Below, one piece after another: positions 12,871 to 27,300 of a DNA stretch of 64,000 nucleotides (position 1 is its first letter; each line of letters starts with the position of its first letter). Position numbers and translations under genes: made by a program. Source of the stretch: the human T2T-CHM13v2.0 reference genome, Homo sapiens; NCBI RefSeq assembly GCF_009914755.1, contig NC_060932.1. The stretch is one strand, 5' to 3'. A model generated the notes under the pieces. That model worked only from the letters and a program-made list of their open reading frames with translations, had not been told where the DNA came from and did no database searches.

Positions 12871-14801
12871 AAGTACATGCCATTTGAAGAAAGTAGTTTG
12901 GGGATGATTTTGTGATAATAATCTTTCTTCTGAGAATATAATTGGAATTAAAACACTTGGCTTTTTTTTTTCTTCAAGAATTTAATAGAACTTGGGCATT
13001 GAGGGACTCTTGTAATTATCCAGCTTTCTGCCAAGAATTTGAATCTCATCTGATGCCACGTTTCTGACTGTTTTTAAGCGTTCCAAATCTGTGGTGTGTA
13101 GTGTGTTAACAGAAAAATGCTTTCTTTCCTACAGAATTTGAAATTAATTTTCTTAGTGCCTGTCTTCTGCTTACTTCCCCAATGGGGAATATTCTCGGTT
13201 TCTTTCTTTTCCCATTGACACTTTCCTCCACATTCTTAATGCCTTTGATGCCTCATTTAGCTCCTCACCTACACAGAATTTGATTTCACAGGGCCTGAGA
13301 CTTGTCCATCCCAGCTTTATTCCAACTCTGCCTGAGAGCCCTTCCTCTGCACTCACTGTGGAGTCTAGCCTTTGGTCTAGCACAGGGTGGACTCTGGGCC
13401 CCTGTGCCTTCCTCCTCTTCAGCTGTCCCCCATATTGGTGGTGGTGGGTTTCTACCGTTTCATGTTGCCTCACACTCCCCTGTTGAAGTTTTCCAAGACA
13501 TCTCATGTTAAATTACCATTTGAAAAACCTGAATTGTTTTCTATTGACTAGATCCTGACAATTACAAAGGTTTGTCAATATTTCAAGTTTTCCTGGGCTC
13601 TTAATGAATGCTGCTGTATTTCTCCTTGAAGAGGTTCAGTAAATGTTAGTTGATTAGGATAATAAATTGGATAAGAAAAGATACAAAAATAGACACAATA
13701 TCAACTGTGGAGACTTTAAAATAGTGAGACCTTGTCTAACTGAGGATAGAGCACCTCTGGCTAGAATTACATGTCAAACATCTTGAAATATAATACTTAC
13801 AATTTTAAAATAAAAATGTTAAATCATCAGTTTTAACATCTCAAGGGTTTTGCTGTAACAATCTTTAGTAAGTCACTCTCCTCCCACCTTCTTGCATTTA
13901 CCCCACCTGAATTTTAATTCGCTCTGATTGTGGAGCTTAAAATTAGTGATGGGTATGGTCATCGTCTTTTTCTTTTTTGAGATTTTTTCCAACATGAACA
14001 AATTTAATGTGAGGACCAGCCTGTAATCAGGTGTGTGTAGTCTCTTTCGGAATGAATGGGGCATTGTCATTCGATGACTTGAGATATCTCAAAAGTATAC
14101 AAGGAGAAATATGTGTAAGGCCACTGTAATGGCTGGAGTTATAATGCTTGGTTTATTTAAATTTATTTTCTGTTTAGCTGGAGAGCTGCTCAGGCTAATT
14201 AACAAGCTCCCGACATGTAGCATCACACAATCCAAGGAAGTAAATGGAAACAAATTGCTAACTAGTGCTGAAATAATTAGAGTAGTATTGTCTTTTGGCG
14301 TGAAAATGTTAACAACATAAAAAAGTCCACCACACATTAGTAATCTTTAAAGTGTTTCTTTCACAGTGACCCAATGTTGAAGGTTTGGTCAAATAGGGTT
14401 TTGTATTCTTTACAAAATTATATTTGGATGATCAGATATAAACTATATTGCATGATTTAATAATAAATTGGGAAAATATTTTGACTTTCACAACAGAAAT
14501 CAGCCTATATTTAACAATATTAAATATTTCATTGAAAGAATTACAGGTTGTGAAAATGAAAGAATGAACAGTTGTTTTTATTGGGATGTAGCTCAAATAG
14601 AAGACTCAAAACTATAATTACCACACTATTTTTATTAAAAACAAGCATTGAATATTCAGTGTACACATAGTATCCTCTTGTATATAAAAAGTATTACTAA
14701 AAGTTGTTTCTTGCCATAAATAACTTTATCATTTAAGGTGGCAGCACCCACAAAACAAGGCAGTAATAGTTTGAAGGCAAAGCTGATAAACATACAGCAC
14801 A

Positions 14802-15132
<331 letters not shown>

Positions 15133-15882
15133 CTACAGTGGACAATGTGTAACATTTGCTTTATTTGGGGATTTTTATACTATCTCCCTATAATTGTGCT
15201 CTGTATATTCAAGGAATGTGAAGATTTTATGTTTAGTGAGTAGCAAATAATTATGACCACAGCAAGTGAAATTTAAAAACTTAACTGTTCTATGTTAAGA
15301 AAAGCACTGAGATTGCATTTTAAGGACAAGAGGACTGCACTTTGGATTTCTATTACTCTAGATGTCATGAAATAAATCATATTGATTTTAGATACTTTTC
15401 CTCATCAATAATTGGAATAAAGTTATGTACTTCTACTTATATCAAGGAATGTTTTGATGATTGGTGTGAAAAATATCTATGAAATCCTTTTACGTCTCTT
15501 TCACTAATCAATATCAAAAAGAACAATGCTTCATTGCTCTTAATGGCTTCCCTTAATGTGTAATGTTTTTTGTTACTAATCAGTTTTGTGATTTCTGCAG
15601 AGTCATGGAAGTGAGACAGTCAGTCCCAGCAGTGAATGGAAACAGTTCTGGTCCTGGATTTTCAGCCCTGCATGCAACATGTTATGGACATATTTATTCA
15701 GTCCCCGGTTTATGAAGTGAACATAGGAACAGAATCAGCAGAGCTGTAGCCATTTCCCAGTCCAGTGATCTGACAAATTGCTGCCCTAATCAATCTGTCA
15801 AGATGTGTCTGTCATGCCTCCTCTTTCCTCCCACTAAGTTGTAGCTGTGGACTAGCTCTGTCTGGAGGCTCTGCTGCCCCAG

Positions 15883-15896
15883 GTTGCTATGGAGAC
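15883..15896. promoter_or_regulatory. RFX X-box motif
   Basis: GTTGCTATGGAGAC; the reverse complement GTCTCCATAGCAAC matches the X-box consensus GTYNCYATRGNAAC at every position. Lies in non-repetitive intron. Confidence 0.45.
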
Positions 15897-17761
15897 CACA
15901 GTGATAGTAGATATGAAAGTAAAAGCTGCTCTTTTTCCTCCTCTTCTTACTAACAAACATGAACTGCTATCCTACCCTAGAGTCCAAATATAACTGAGGC
16001 AGGTAGGGTGAGAATGACGGGACTTCAAAGGCATGTGGGGCTTCCTTTCTAATCCTCCATATGGGCAGGAAGCCCAGCTTCCCCGTCCCCGCCTACTTAC
16101 CACCTGCTTTGCAAAGGAAATGTTTGTGAGAATTACCCTCAGTAGTTTTTGTAACACTGTCTCATTTGAAAGTATTACATGTGAGTTCTCACACTCTCAT
16201 TGTGAGTTTGCAAACTCCCAATGAGCACTCATTCCTCTAAAATCTCTAACAGAACATAACCCATTTCAATCTTAGGTCTGAAGTAAATAGCCTACAGATT
16301 ATAAAAATCAGCAATCATTTACTTCAATTCATTTAGAGAGTAGAGAGACAGAGCTTGAATTCCCCGTTTCTACACCATTGCCGAGGACACATAGATGCAA
16401 GGATTCTAGGCAAGTGGCCTCTGAAAAATGCAATTATGAAACATGAGGGGGCTAATACTTTGGCTCCAAACTATGCCTAATATATGGCCATTGATATGTG
16501 TACTCCTTACCTGGAGGTTTCTTTGCATTGAGATAATGATGTATTTAGTTTGGAGGAGAGTTGGTATGATGCTGACATCTGAGCCTGAAGCTCAGAGCAT
16601 GAACACATGAAATTCCCCAAAGATGTTTTATTTATTGATTTTTCTTATTATTCAGATACCAGGTGATGGGAATGCCCTTTGGGACTCTCTTGGAAAAGAA
16701 GCAAGGCTTGAAGTAGAATAGTAGACTAGAAAGAGGTCTGAGATAAAATAGAAAGGTGACAATATTATAATTTTAAGGGTTATTTTTAGATATTTGCACT
16801 AATTTTCATATAAGTAAAATGGGGGCATAAATTACTTCCAACTATGTATTAAATATTGAACAGTCTCATAATGTATATGCATCTTGCACAATTTGATAAA
16901 TATCTTAGTGATTTTTATAGTTATCCTATGTCTGACATTTTTGTGCATAGCAGACCTCTCTGAAGGCTGAAATTTAAAGTGACTATGAAGTGATAGAATG
17001 GATCTATGTATTTTTTTTCATGTATTAAGCAACATATAAGGCAGACAATTTTCTCCCTACCCATTTTTTAATACATTATATTTGGGATATACACATCTGT
17101 TTTTAAGTGTTTAAAATTACTGGACTCTCAAAGAAACCACTGTTTTCTCTTGGTGGTACAGCTGTGTTTCTCCCTATGCAGGCTTCAGTCATCATGAAAG
17201 TGCTAGCACAGCTCACTCCATGGTGGCCCCAACAATGCTGCTAATGGTATCAGGGTATTTATATTGTACTCAGTGTATATCAAAGGGGATGGCATTTAAA
17301 ATTCAGAATAGCATGTTCAAATGACTCATGCAGTGGACGGAAATGACAGTATATGGCAGGGAACAGTGTAAGCAATTCTACAATATTTACTTCTTAGTTA
17401 CATGTTGTGCAAACATTTTGTGATAATACGCATAAACAAATATTTAGCAACTGTATTCTGCAGCTGCAAATCTAATGTGGGTGTGATAGGGGTTAGCTTT
17501 GTTTTTCAGATCTTGATAATTCTTTATGCTTGAAATAACCTATACAAAATTCTATTAAAATAAGGATAAGTGCTATGTATTATTTCTTTTTCTTCACAAA
17601 TTCTACTTAAATGTGGTACATAGTTTTCAAGCTAAACATTTATATAGCTATGGTTTTACTATTATGAATTTAGAGTGAATATGTGTATAAGTTATTTCCA
17701 TCTAATGTGGTTATATCAAATATGTATATATGTATGAGGCTTTAAGTAAACATTCTGGATT

Positions 17762-17803
17762 TTCTTTCTTTCTTTTCTCTTTTTCTTTCTCTCTTTCTTT
17801 CTC

Positions 17804-17847
<44 letters not shown>

Positions 17848-17951
17848 TCCTTCTTTCTTTCTTTCCTTCCTTCCTTCCTTCCTTCCTTCCTTCCTTCCTT
17901 CCTTCCTTCCTTCCTTCCTTCCTTTCTTCCTTCTTTCTTTCTTTTTTTTTT
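17762..17951. repeat. (TTTC)n/(TTCC)n compound microsatellite derived from an Alu tail
   Basis: About 190-bp pure-pyrimidine tract directly at the tail of the minus-strand Alu and inside its TSD. Confidence 0.9.
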
Positions 17952-18231
17952 ATGGAGTTTCCACTCTTGTTGCCCAGGCTGGAGAGCAATGGCACAGTCT
18001 CAGCTCACTGTAACCTCCACCTCCCAGGTTCAAGCAAGTCTCCTGCCTCAGCCTCCTAAGTAGCTGGGATTACAGTCATGCGCCACCATTCCTGGCTAAT
18101 TTTTTGTATTTAGTAGAGATGGGGTTTCACCATGTTGGTCAGGCTGGTCTCAAACTCATGACCTCAGATGATCTACCTGTCTCGGCCTCCCAAAGCGCTG
18201 TGATTACAGGCGTGAGCCTCCATGCCCAACC
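17952..18231 (-). mobile_element. Alu (AluSp/Sq-like)
   Basis: Reverse Alu with diagnostic actcttgttgcccagg. TSD ctggattttctt at about 17755 and 18231. Confidence 0.95.
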
Positions 18232-18294
18232 TGGATTTTCTTGATATAGACATGTTCTCTACTTCAGTATCCTGCCTGTATAAGAAATATGCAG

Positions 18295-18607
18295 GGCCTG
18301 GCGCAGTGGCTCATGCCTGTAATCCTAGCACTTTGGGAGGCCGAGGCAGGTGGATCATGTGAGGTTGGGAGTTCGAGACCAGCCTGTCCAACAGGAAGAA
18401 ACCCTAGCTCTACTAAAAATACAAAATTAGCCACACGTGATGGTGCATGCCTGCAACCCCAGCTACTTGGGAGGCTGAGACAGGGGAATCGCTTGAACTC
18501 AGGAAGGGGAGATTTCAGTGAGCCGAGATCACGCTGTCACACTCCAACCTGGGCAACAAGAGAGAGACTCCATCTCAAAAAAAAAAAGAAAAAAGAAAAG
18601 AAAAAGA
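18295..18607 (+). mobile_element. Alu (AluSp-like)
   Basis: Diagnostic gaggttgggagttcgagacc and ggcaacaagag. TSD aagaaatatgc at 18282-18292 and 18608-18618. Confidence 0.95.
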
Positions 18608-19134
18608 AAGAAATATGCTATAACCTTTCAGTCTGTAAAATATGTCTTGTCTGCCCATCTGCAAGATTTGAACTGAGTACACTTCATTTCATGCGCAATG
18701 ATTGCATTTTATAAATATACTCTCTGCCATTGAAGGAAGGTGGAGGGACATTCAACATGGGTCTGAATTAAGTATTTTGGGGCCTCAGTAAACATGTGAT
18801 TACATTTGATCTGATAATGGAAACTTTGCTCATTTGAGGAAGTCATTGGTGGTCTCTGAGATATGACCAAGAGGGCACTGTAGAACCTTGTGGAAAAACG
18901 GCTGGGACCATCAGGTTGTGTGGGCAGGGTTGCCCAGGTTTTGTTGGTTTCCTTGTTTGTTGTATCACACTAAGCAACGAGACAACTGTACCACATTTCA
19001 GTGATGTCAGTATTATTAGCACAGAGGCCAAAAAAACACTTTGAATCCTTCTATGCAGACTAGATTTGGGCCAGGGTTTTTTACATAATGCTATTTACTT
19101 TTAAAAACTTCTCTTATACTTTTTTTTCCTTTTA

Positions 19135-21575
<2,441 letters not shown>

Positions 21576-22129
21576 AGAAGTCTCTAGAACTAAAGGGCTT
21601 TATCAACTTTATTTCTTCATTGCTTATTCTGTGTTACCTCATATGGTGTTTTGAATGTGATAGATATTTGATATATGTTTGCTGAGTTAATTTAAACTAT
21701 GCTTCTGGATCTCAAAAGAAAATATACACAAGTAAGTAACTTAAACAAATGGAGTCTTATTAATGTGGAAAGAAGCTACTTAGTCCATTCTATCTTGTTT
21801 TCTGTATCTAGGTAGAGTCTTCCTTCTCAGAACTAGGGCTGTGAAGTGGTGCTGTGCAGCTGGGCTCTATAGATAAAGACGCATGAAGAAGTTGATAGAT
21901 GATGATCATCCTGAAATTGCTATGAGAGTAAAATAGGTTTTTTTTAAGAAATTCTGCAAGATTTGCCACTGACTATTTTAAGAAAATGGCACAGTGGAAA
22001 AAATGGAGAACTCACGTTTACATGTAGTTTTATTTGTCAGTCTGCCACATGTTAGGTGCTATGTTTGAGCAAGTCACTCAGTTTTTCAATGTTTCCATAG
22101 AGTCTAGCATGCCCTTTACCTAAGTATCT

Positions 22130-22495
22130 GTATGGCAAATATGCTTACCTCCTTCTATCCCTTGGTCGGAAATCCTATCAATGGGTCCTACCTTCACTGA
22201 TCTATTTAAAATAACTCTCCACACAGCTCTGCTCTTGCTTGTCTGCTCTGCCTGCCATTTTCCTTGCCTATGAGCACCTCTCAACGTCTCCCTTTCTGGG
22301 CTTGCATATTGTTTACTTCATGCTCACCTAATGTCTATCCTCCATCATCTGTTCCTGCCCCTTGAAAATGAGCACTAGGCAATGACCATGATGACAGCAA
22401 GCCATGTTATTGACAGACGGGTTCCAAGAGCCCAGCATGACACTTGGCCCATAAAAAGTATTCACTAAATAGTCATTAATAAATAAATGTAATGT
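22130..22495 (+). mobile_element. L2 3'-end relic
   Basis: Resembles the L2 terminus (cccagcatgacacttggcccataaaaagtattcactaaatagtcattaataaataaatg). Confidence 0.45.
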
Positions 22496-22499
22496 AGTC

Positions 22500-24314
22500 T
22501 TTTTTTATTACACTTTAAGTTCTGGGATAAATGTGCAGAACGCGCAGGTTTGTTACATAAGTATAAACGTGCCATGGTGGTTTGCTGCACCCATCAACCC
22601 ATCATCTACATTAGGTATTTCTTCTAATGCTATCCCTCCCATAGCCCCCCACCCCACAACAGGCCCCAATGTGTGATATTCCCCTCCCTGTGTCCCTGTG
22701 TTCTCATTGTTCAACTCTCATTTATGAGTGAGAACATGTGGTGTTTGGTTTTCTGTTCCTGTGTTAGCTTGCTGAAAATGATGGATTCCAGCTTCATCCA
22801 TGTCCCCACAAGGGATATGAACTCATCCTTTTTTATGACTGCATAGTATTCCATGGTGTATATGTGCCACATTTTCTTTATTCAGTCTATCATTGATGGA
22901 CATTTGGGTTGGCTCTGTCTTTGCTAGTGTGAACAGTGCTGCAATAAACATACGTGTGCATGTGTCTTTATAATAGAATGATTTCTAATCCTTTGGTTAT
23001 ATACCCAGTAATGGGATTGCTGGGTCAGATGATATTTCTGGTTCTAGATCCTTGAGGAATCACCACACTGTCTTCCACAATGGTTGAAGTAATTTACACT
23101 CCCACCAACAGTGTAAAAGTGTTCCTATTTCTCCACATCCTCTCCAGCATCTTCTGTTTCCTGACCTTTTAATGATCGCCATTCTAACTGGTGTGAGATG
23201 GTATCTCATTGTGGTTTTGATTTGCATTTCTCTAATGACCAGTGATGATGAGCTTTTCTCATATGTTTGTTGGCTGCATAAATGTCTTCTTTTGAGAAGT
23301 GTCTGTTCATATCCTTTGCCCACTTTTTGATGGAGTTGTTTGTTTTTTCTTGTAAATTTGTTTAAGCTCTTTGTAGATTCAGGATATTAGCCCTTTGCCA
23401 TATGGATAGATTGCAAAAATTTTCTCCCATTCTGTAGGTTGCCTGTTCATACCGATGATAGTTTCTTTGGCTGTGGAGAAGCTCTTTAGTTTAACCCAAT
23501 TTGTCAGTTTTGGCTTTTGTTGCCATTGCTTTTGGTGTTTTAGTCATGAAGTCTTTGCCCATGCCTATGTCCTGACTGGTATTGCCTAGGTTTTCTTCTA
23601 GGGTTTTCATGGTTTTAGGTCTTATGTTTAAGACTTTAATCCATCTTGAGTTAATTTATGTGTTAGGTGTAAGCAAGGGGTCCAGTTTCAGTGTCCTGCA
23701 TGTGGCTAGCCAGTTTTCCCAACACCATTTATTAAATAGGGAATCCTTTCCTCATTTGATTGTTTTTGTCAAGTTTGTCAAATATCAGATGGTTGTAGAT
23801 GTGTAGCATTATTTCTGAGGTCTCTGTTCTGTTCCATTTGTCTAATTTTCTGTTTTGGTACTACTACTATGCTGTTTTGGTTACTGTAGCCTTGTACTAT
23901 AGTTCGAAATCAAGTAACATGATGCCTCCAGCTTTGTTCTTTTTGCTCAGGATCGCTTTGGCTATATGAGCTCTTTTTTGGTTCCATATGAAATTGAACG
24001 TAGTTTTTTCTAATTCTGTGAAGAAAGTCAATGGTAGCTTGATGGGAATAGCATTGAATCTATAAATTACTTTGGGCAGTAAGGCCATTTTCACGATATT
24101 GATTCTTCCTATCCATGTGCATGGAATGTTTTTCCATTTGTGTCCTCTCTTATTTCCTCAAGCAGTGGTTTGTAGTTCTTCTTGAAGAGGTCCTTCACCT
24201 CCCTTGTAAGTTGTATTCCTAGGTATTTTATTCTCCTTGTGCAATTGTGAATGGGAATTCACTCATGATTTGGCTCCCTGTTTGTCTATTATTGGTGTAC
24301 AGGAATGCTTGTGA
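22500..24314 (-). mobile_element. 5'-truncated L1PA (about L1PA7/8)
   Basis: Poly(T) then reverse 3'UTR (taagttctgggata...catcaacccatcatctacattagg) and ORF2 fragments at 23060-23323 and 23897-24094. Confidence 0.92.
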
Positions 24315-24361
24315 AGTCAATATTTGAAAGCAACAAAAATTGTCCTGAAGGTTAAAACCGT

Positions 24362-27300
24362 AAATCCACATTGGAGGAACTGCAGGGGCAGGGGCCCCGG
24401 GCAGCCCAGCCCCAGGGGTAGGCAGGCAATGGCTCCCTTAGCTGACCTGAGGTGCCTGCAGCGGGACTTCCTCAGCCTCTATCCACTTGACCTCGACCTT
24501 GCTTGTGGACCTGGCAACTCCAGCCTGGGCCTGGGTCCCACGTCCTGAGACTGCCTTAGCTCAGATGCTCCTGCTCCGCCAGGTCCTCCTCAAGGCGGCT
24601 ACTGCTTCTGGCACTGCAGATAGAGTGGTAGCATATAATGTATAATCAACGAATTTCAAGACAATTTTGGAGCTGGAACCCAAGCCTATCAATCATGTCT
24701 ACACTGCTCAGACAAGCTCTGCATCAGGAGACTGGAAAAGCCATGCTTGGAAACCTTGGACACAGAGAGCGACCTCACAGATGGAACAGCAAGGACGTGA
24801 CACAGATGTCCTTGGCCCAGGGCCCTTCCTGCCCCGCTGGGGATGCAGCCACCACGGGTTCTGCCGGGAACCTCTGATCCCAAGCTCCCCAGAGTTTACA
24901 CGTGACCTGGAGACACACCTCGGACAGCCAACAATTCAGTATTTTGAATCAGTCGGGACAAAACAACGTGACAGTATCAGAATGACGTACCTTAGAAAGA
25001 ATGACATATTCCTAGGCCTCTGGGAGTTTGCGACAAGTACTTAAGTTGTACACTTTATTATTGGAAAGCTTCATGTACGGGAAAGAAAACAGCCAAGACA
25101 AACACAAATGCGTTTTTGATGGATATGGATAAAGGGGAAACCACCGTTCCAATGTTCAAGCAGTGATTCCATCCGAAGACTACACAAGACGACAGAAAGC
25201 CCCAGCGAGTGAGCCAGCCGCCGGACAACAGCAATGTCCTTCCTGACTATCGCGGAGCTGGCGGTCAGCAGCCCCTTAGCTCCCATGCCCATCGGAGTAC
25301 GTGCGCAGCAGGCAAGGGCGACCCCGTGGAAGGACGCGGGCTGAGCTTAGAGGGGCACCCAGCGCTGCTGGAGCCGCCCATGCTGCAAATGCTGTGCTGT
25401 GATCCAGAACTTATTTATTTATTTATTTATTTATTTATTTTACTTTAAGTTCTGGGGTACATGTGTGGAAAGTGCAGGTTTGTTACATAGGTATACTTGT
25501 GTACTTGTGCCATGGTGGTTTGCTGCACCCATCAACCCATCATCTACATTAGGTATTTCTCCTAATGCTATTCCTCCCCTAGCTCCCCCGCCCCCCCTAC
25601 CACCCGCAGGCCCCAGTGTGTGATGTTCCCCTTCCTATGTCCACGTGTCCTCACTGTTCAACTCCCACTTATGGGTAAGAACATGCAGTGTTTCATTTTC
25701 TCTTCCTCTGTTACTTTGCTGAGAATGATGGTGTCCAGCTTCATCCATGCCCCTGCAAAGGACATGAACTCATCCTTTTTTATGGCTGCATAGTATTCTA
25801 TGGTGTATATGTGCCACATTTTCTTTATCCAGTCTATCACTGATGGGCATTTGGATTGGTTCCAAGTCTTTGTTGTTGTAAACAGTGCCACAATAAACAT
25901 ATGTGTGCATGTGTCTTTATGGTAGAATAATTTATAGTCCTTTGGGTATATACCCAGTAATAGGATTGGTGGGTTAAATGGTATTTCTAGTTCTAGATCC
26001 TTGAGGAATTGCCACACTGTCTTCCACAATGGTTGAACTAATTTACCTTCCCACCAACAGTGTAAAAGCAAGCGTTCCTACTTCTCCACATCCTCTCCGG
26101 CATCTGTTGTTTCCTGAATTTTTTAGTGATTGCTATTCTAACCGGTGTGAGATGGTATCTCAGTGTGATTTTAATTTGCATTTCTCTAATGACCAGTGAT
26201 GATGAGCTTTTCTTCATATGTTTGTTGGCCACATAAATGCCTCCTTTTGAGAAGTGTCTGTTCCTGTTCTTTGCCCACTTTTTGATGGAGTTGTTCTTTC
26301 CTTGTAAATTTGTTTAAGTTCTTTGTAGATTCTGGATATTAGTCCTTTGTCAGATGGATTGCAAAAATTTTCTCCCATTCTGTAGGTTGCCTGTTCATGC
26401 TGATGATAGTTTCTTTGGCTGTGCAGAAGCTCTTTAGTTTAATGAGACGTATTTGTCAATTTTGGCTTTTGTTGCCATTGCTTTTGGTGTTTTAGTCATG
26501 AAGTCTTTGCCCATGCCTATGTCCTGAATGGTACTGTCTAGGTTTCCTTCTAGAGTTTTTATGGTTTTATGTATTACGTTTAAGTCTTTAATCCATCTTC
26601 AGTTAATTTTTGTATAAGGCATAAGGAAGGGATCCAGTTTCAGTTTTCTGCATACTGGTACCAAAACAGATATATAGACCAATGGAACAGAACGGAGGCC
26701 TCAGAAATAACACCACACATCTACAGGCATCTGATCTTTGACAAACCTGACAAAAACAAGCAATGGGGAAAGGATTCCCTATTTAATAAATGGTGTTGGG
26801 AAAATTGGCTAGCCATATGCAGAAAACAGAACTCTTAAGATAGTAGAATATACGGAAATACAAACGGGGATTTTGGAGCATGATGGTACAACCAATTCCA
26901 ACTTTGTTGTAATTTTTAAAATTCTGGCACCTTCTATGCATATGATCCTTTAGATGATATATTCTGTACAGAGGAAGAACCAGATCATCCAACCAAAAAC
27001 AAATGAATGGATGCCTTACATATTCCTGAATGAACTTTTGAAGAGCTTTTGAGAGGCTGACTTCAAACCGTGTAGGAAACTACATGGAAATTGTGCAGAC
27101 TTTTCTGGGACTTTTCTAATGTTTGTAATACTGTATTTAGGTTCTTTTCCTATTTTCTTTTAAGGAGTACATTTGGAAATTTAAAACAATTGGCAAACCT
27201 TCAATTAGTGTATTAAATGCAGGAGACTTCTGTATTTTGGGCACCTTCCTAATACGCTTTATCATTTAGCACTTTGACTTGAGTGGTGTTGATTAAACAT

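Noticed and set aside
13171-14337. Cluster of short ORFs in unique sequence
   Set aside because: No recognised homology or coherent splice signals.
15575-16005. Possible cryptic exon after ctaatcagttttgtgatttctgcag
   Set aside because: Plausible acceptor but no nearby strong donor, the reading frames contain stops, and there is no similarity to syntrophin.
17711-18059. Lys/Glu/Arg-rich and Phe/Leu/Ser-rich ORFs
   Set aside because: Translation artefacts of the (TTTC)/(TTCC) microsatellite plus Alu.
24667-25044. 125-aa ORF as a functional soluble tissue-factor-like protein
   Set aside because: It starts at TTG, has no in-frame signal peptide because of the stop at 24643, and drifts in and out of the F3 frame. 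Conserved cysteines are lost.
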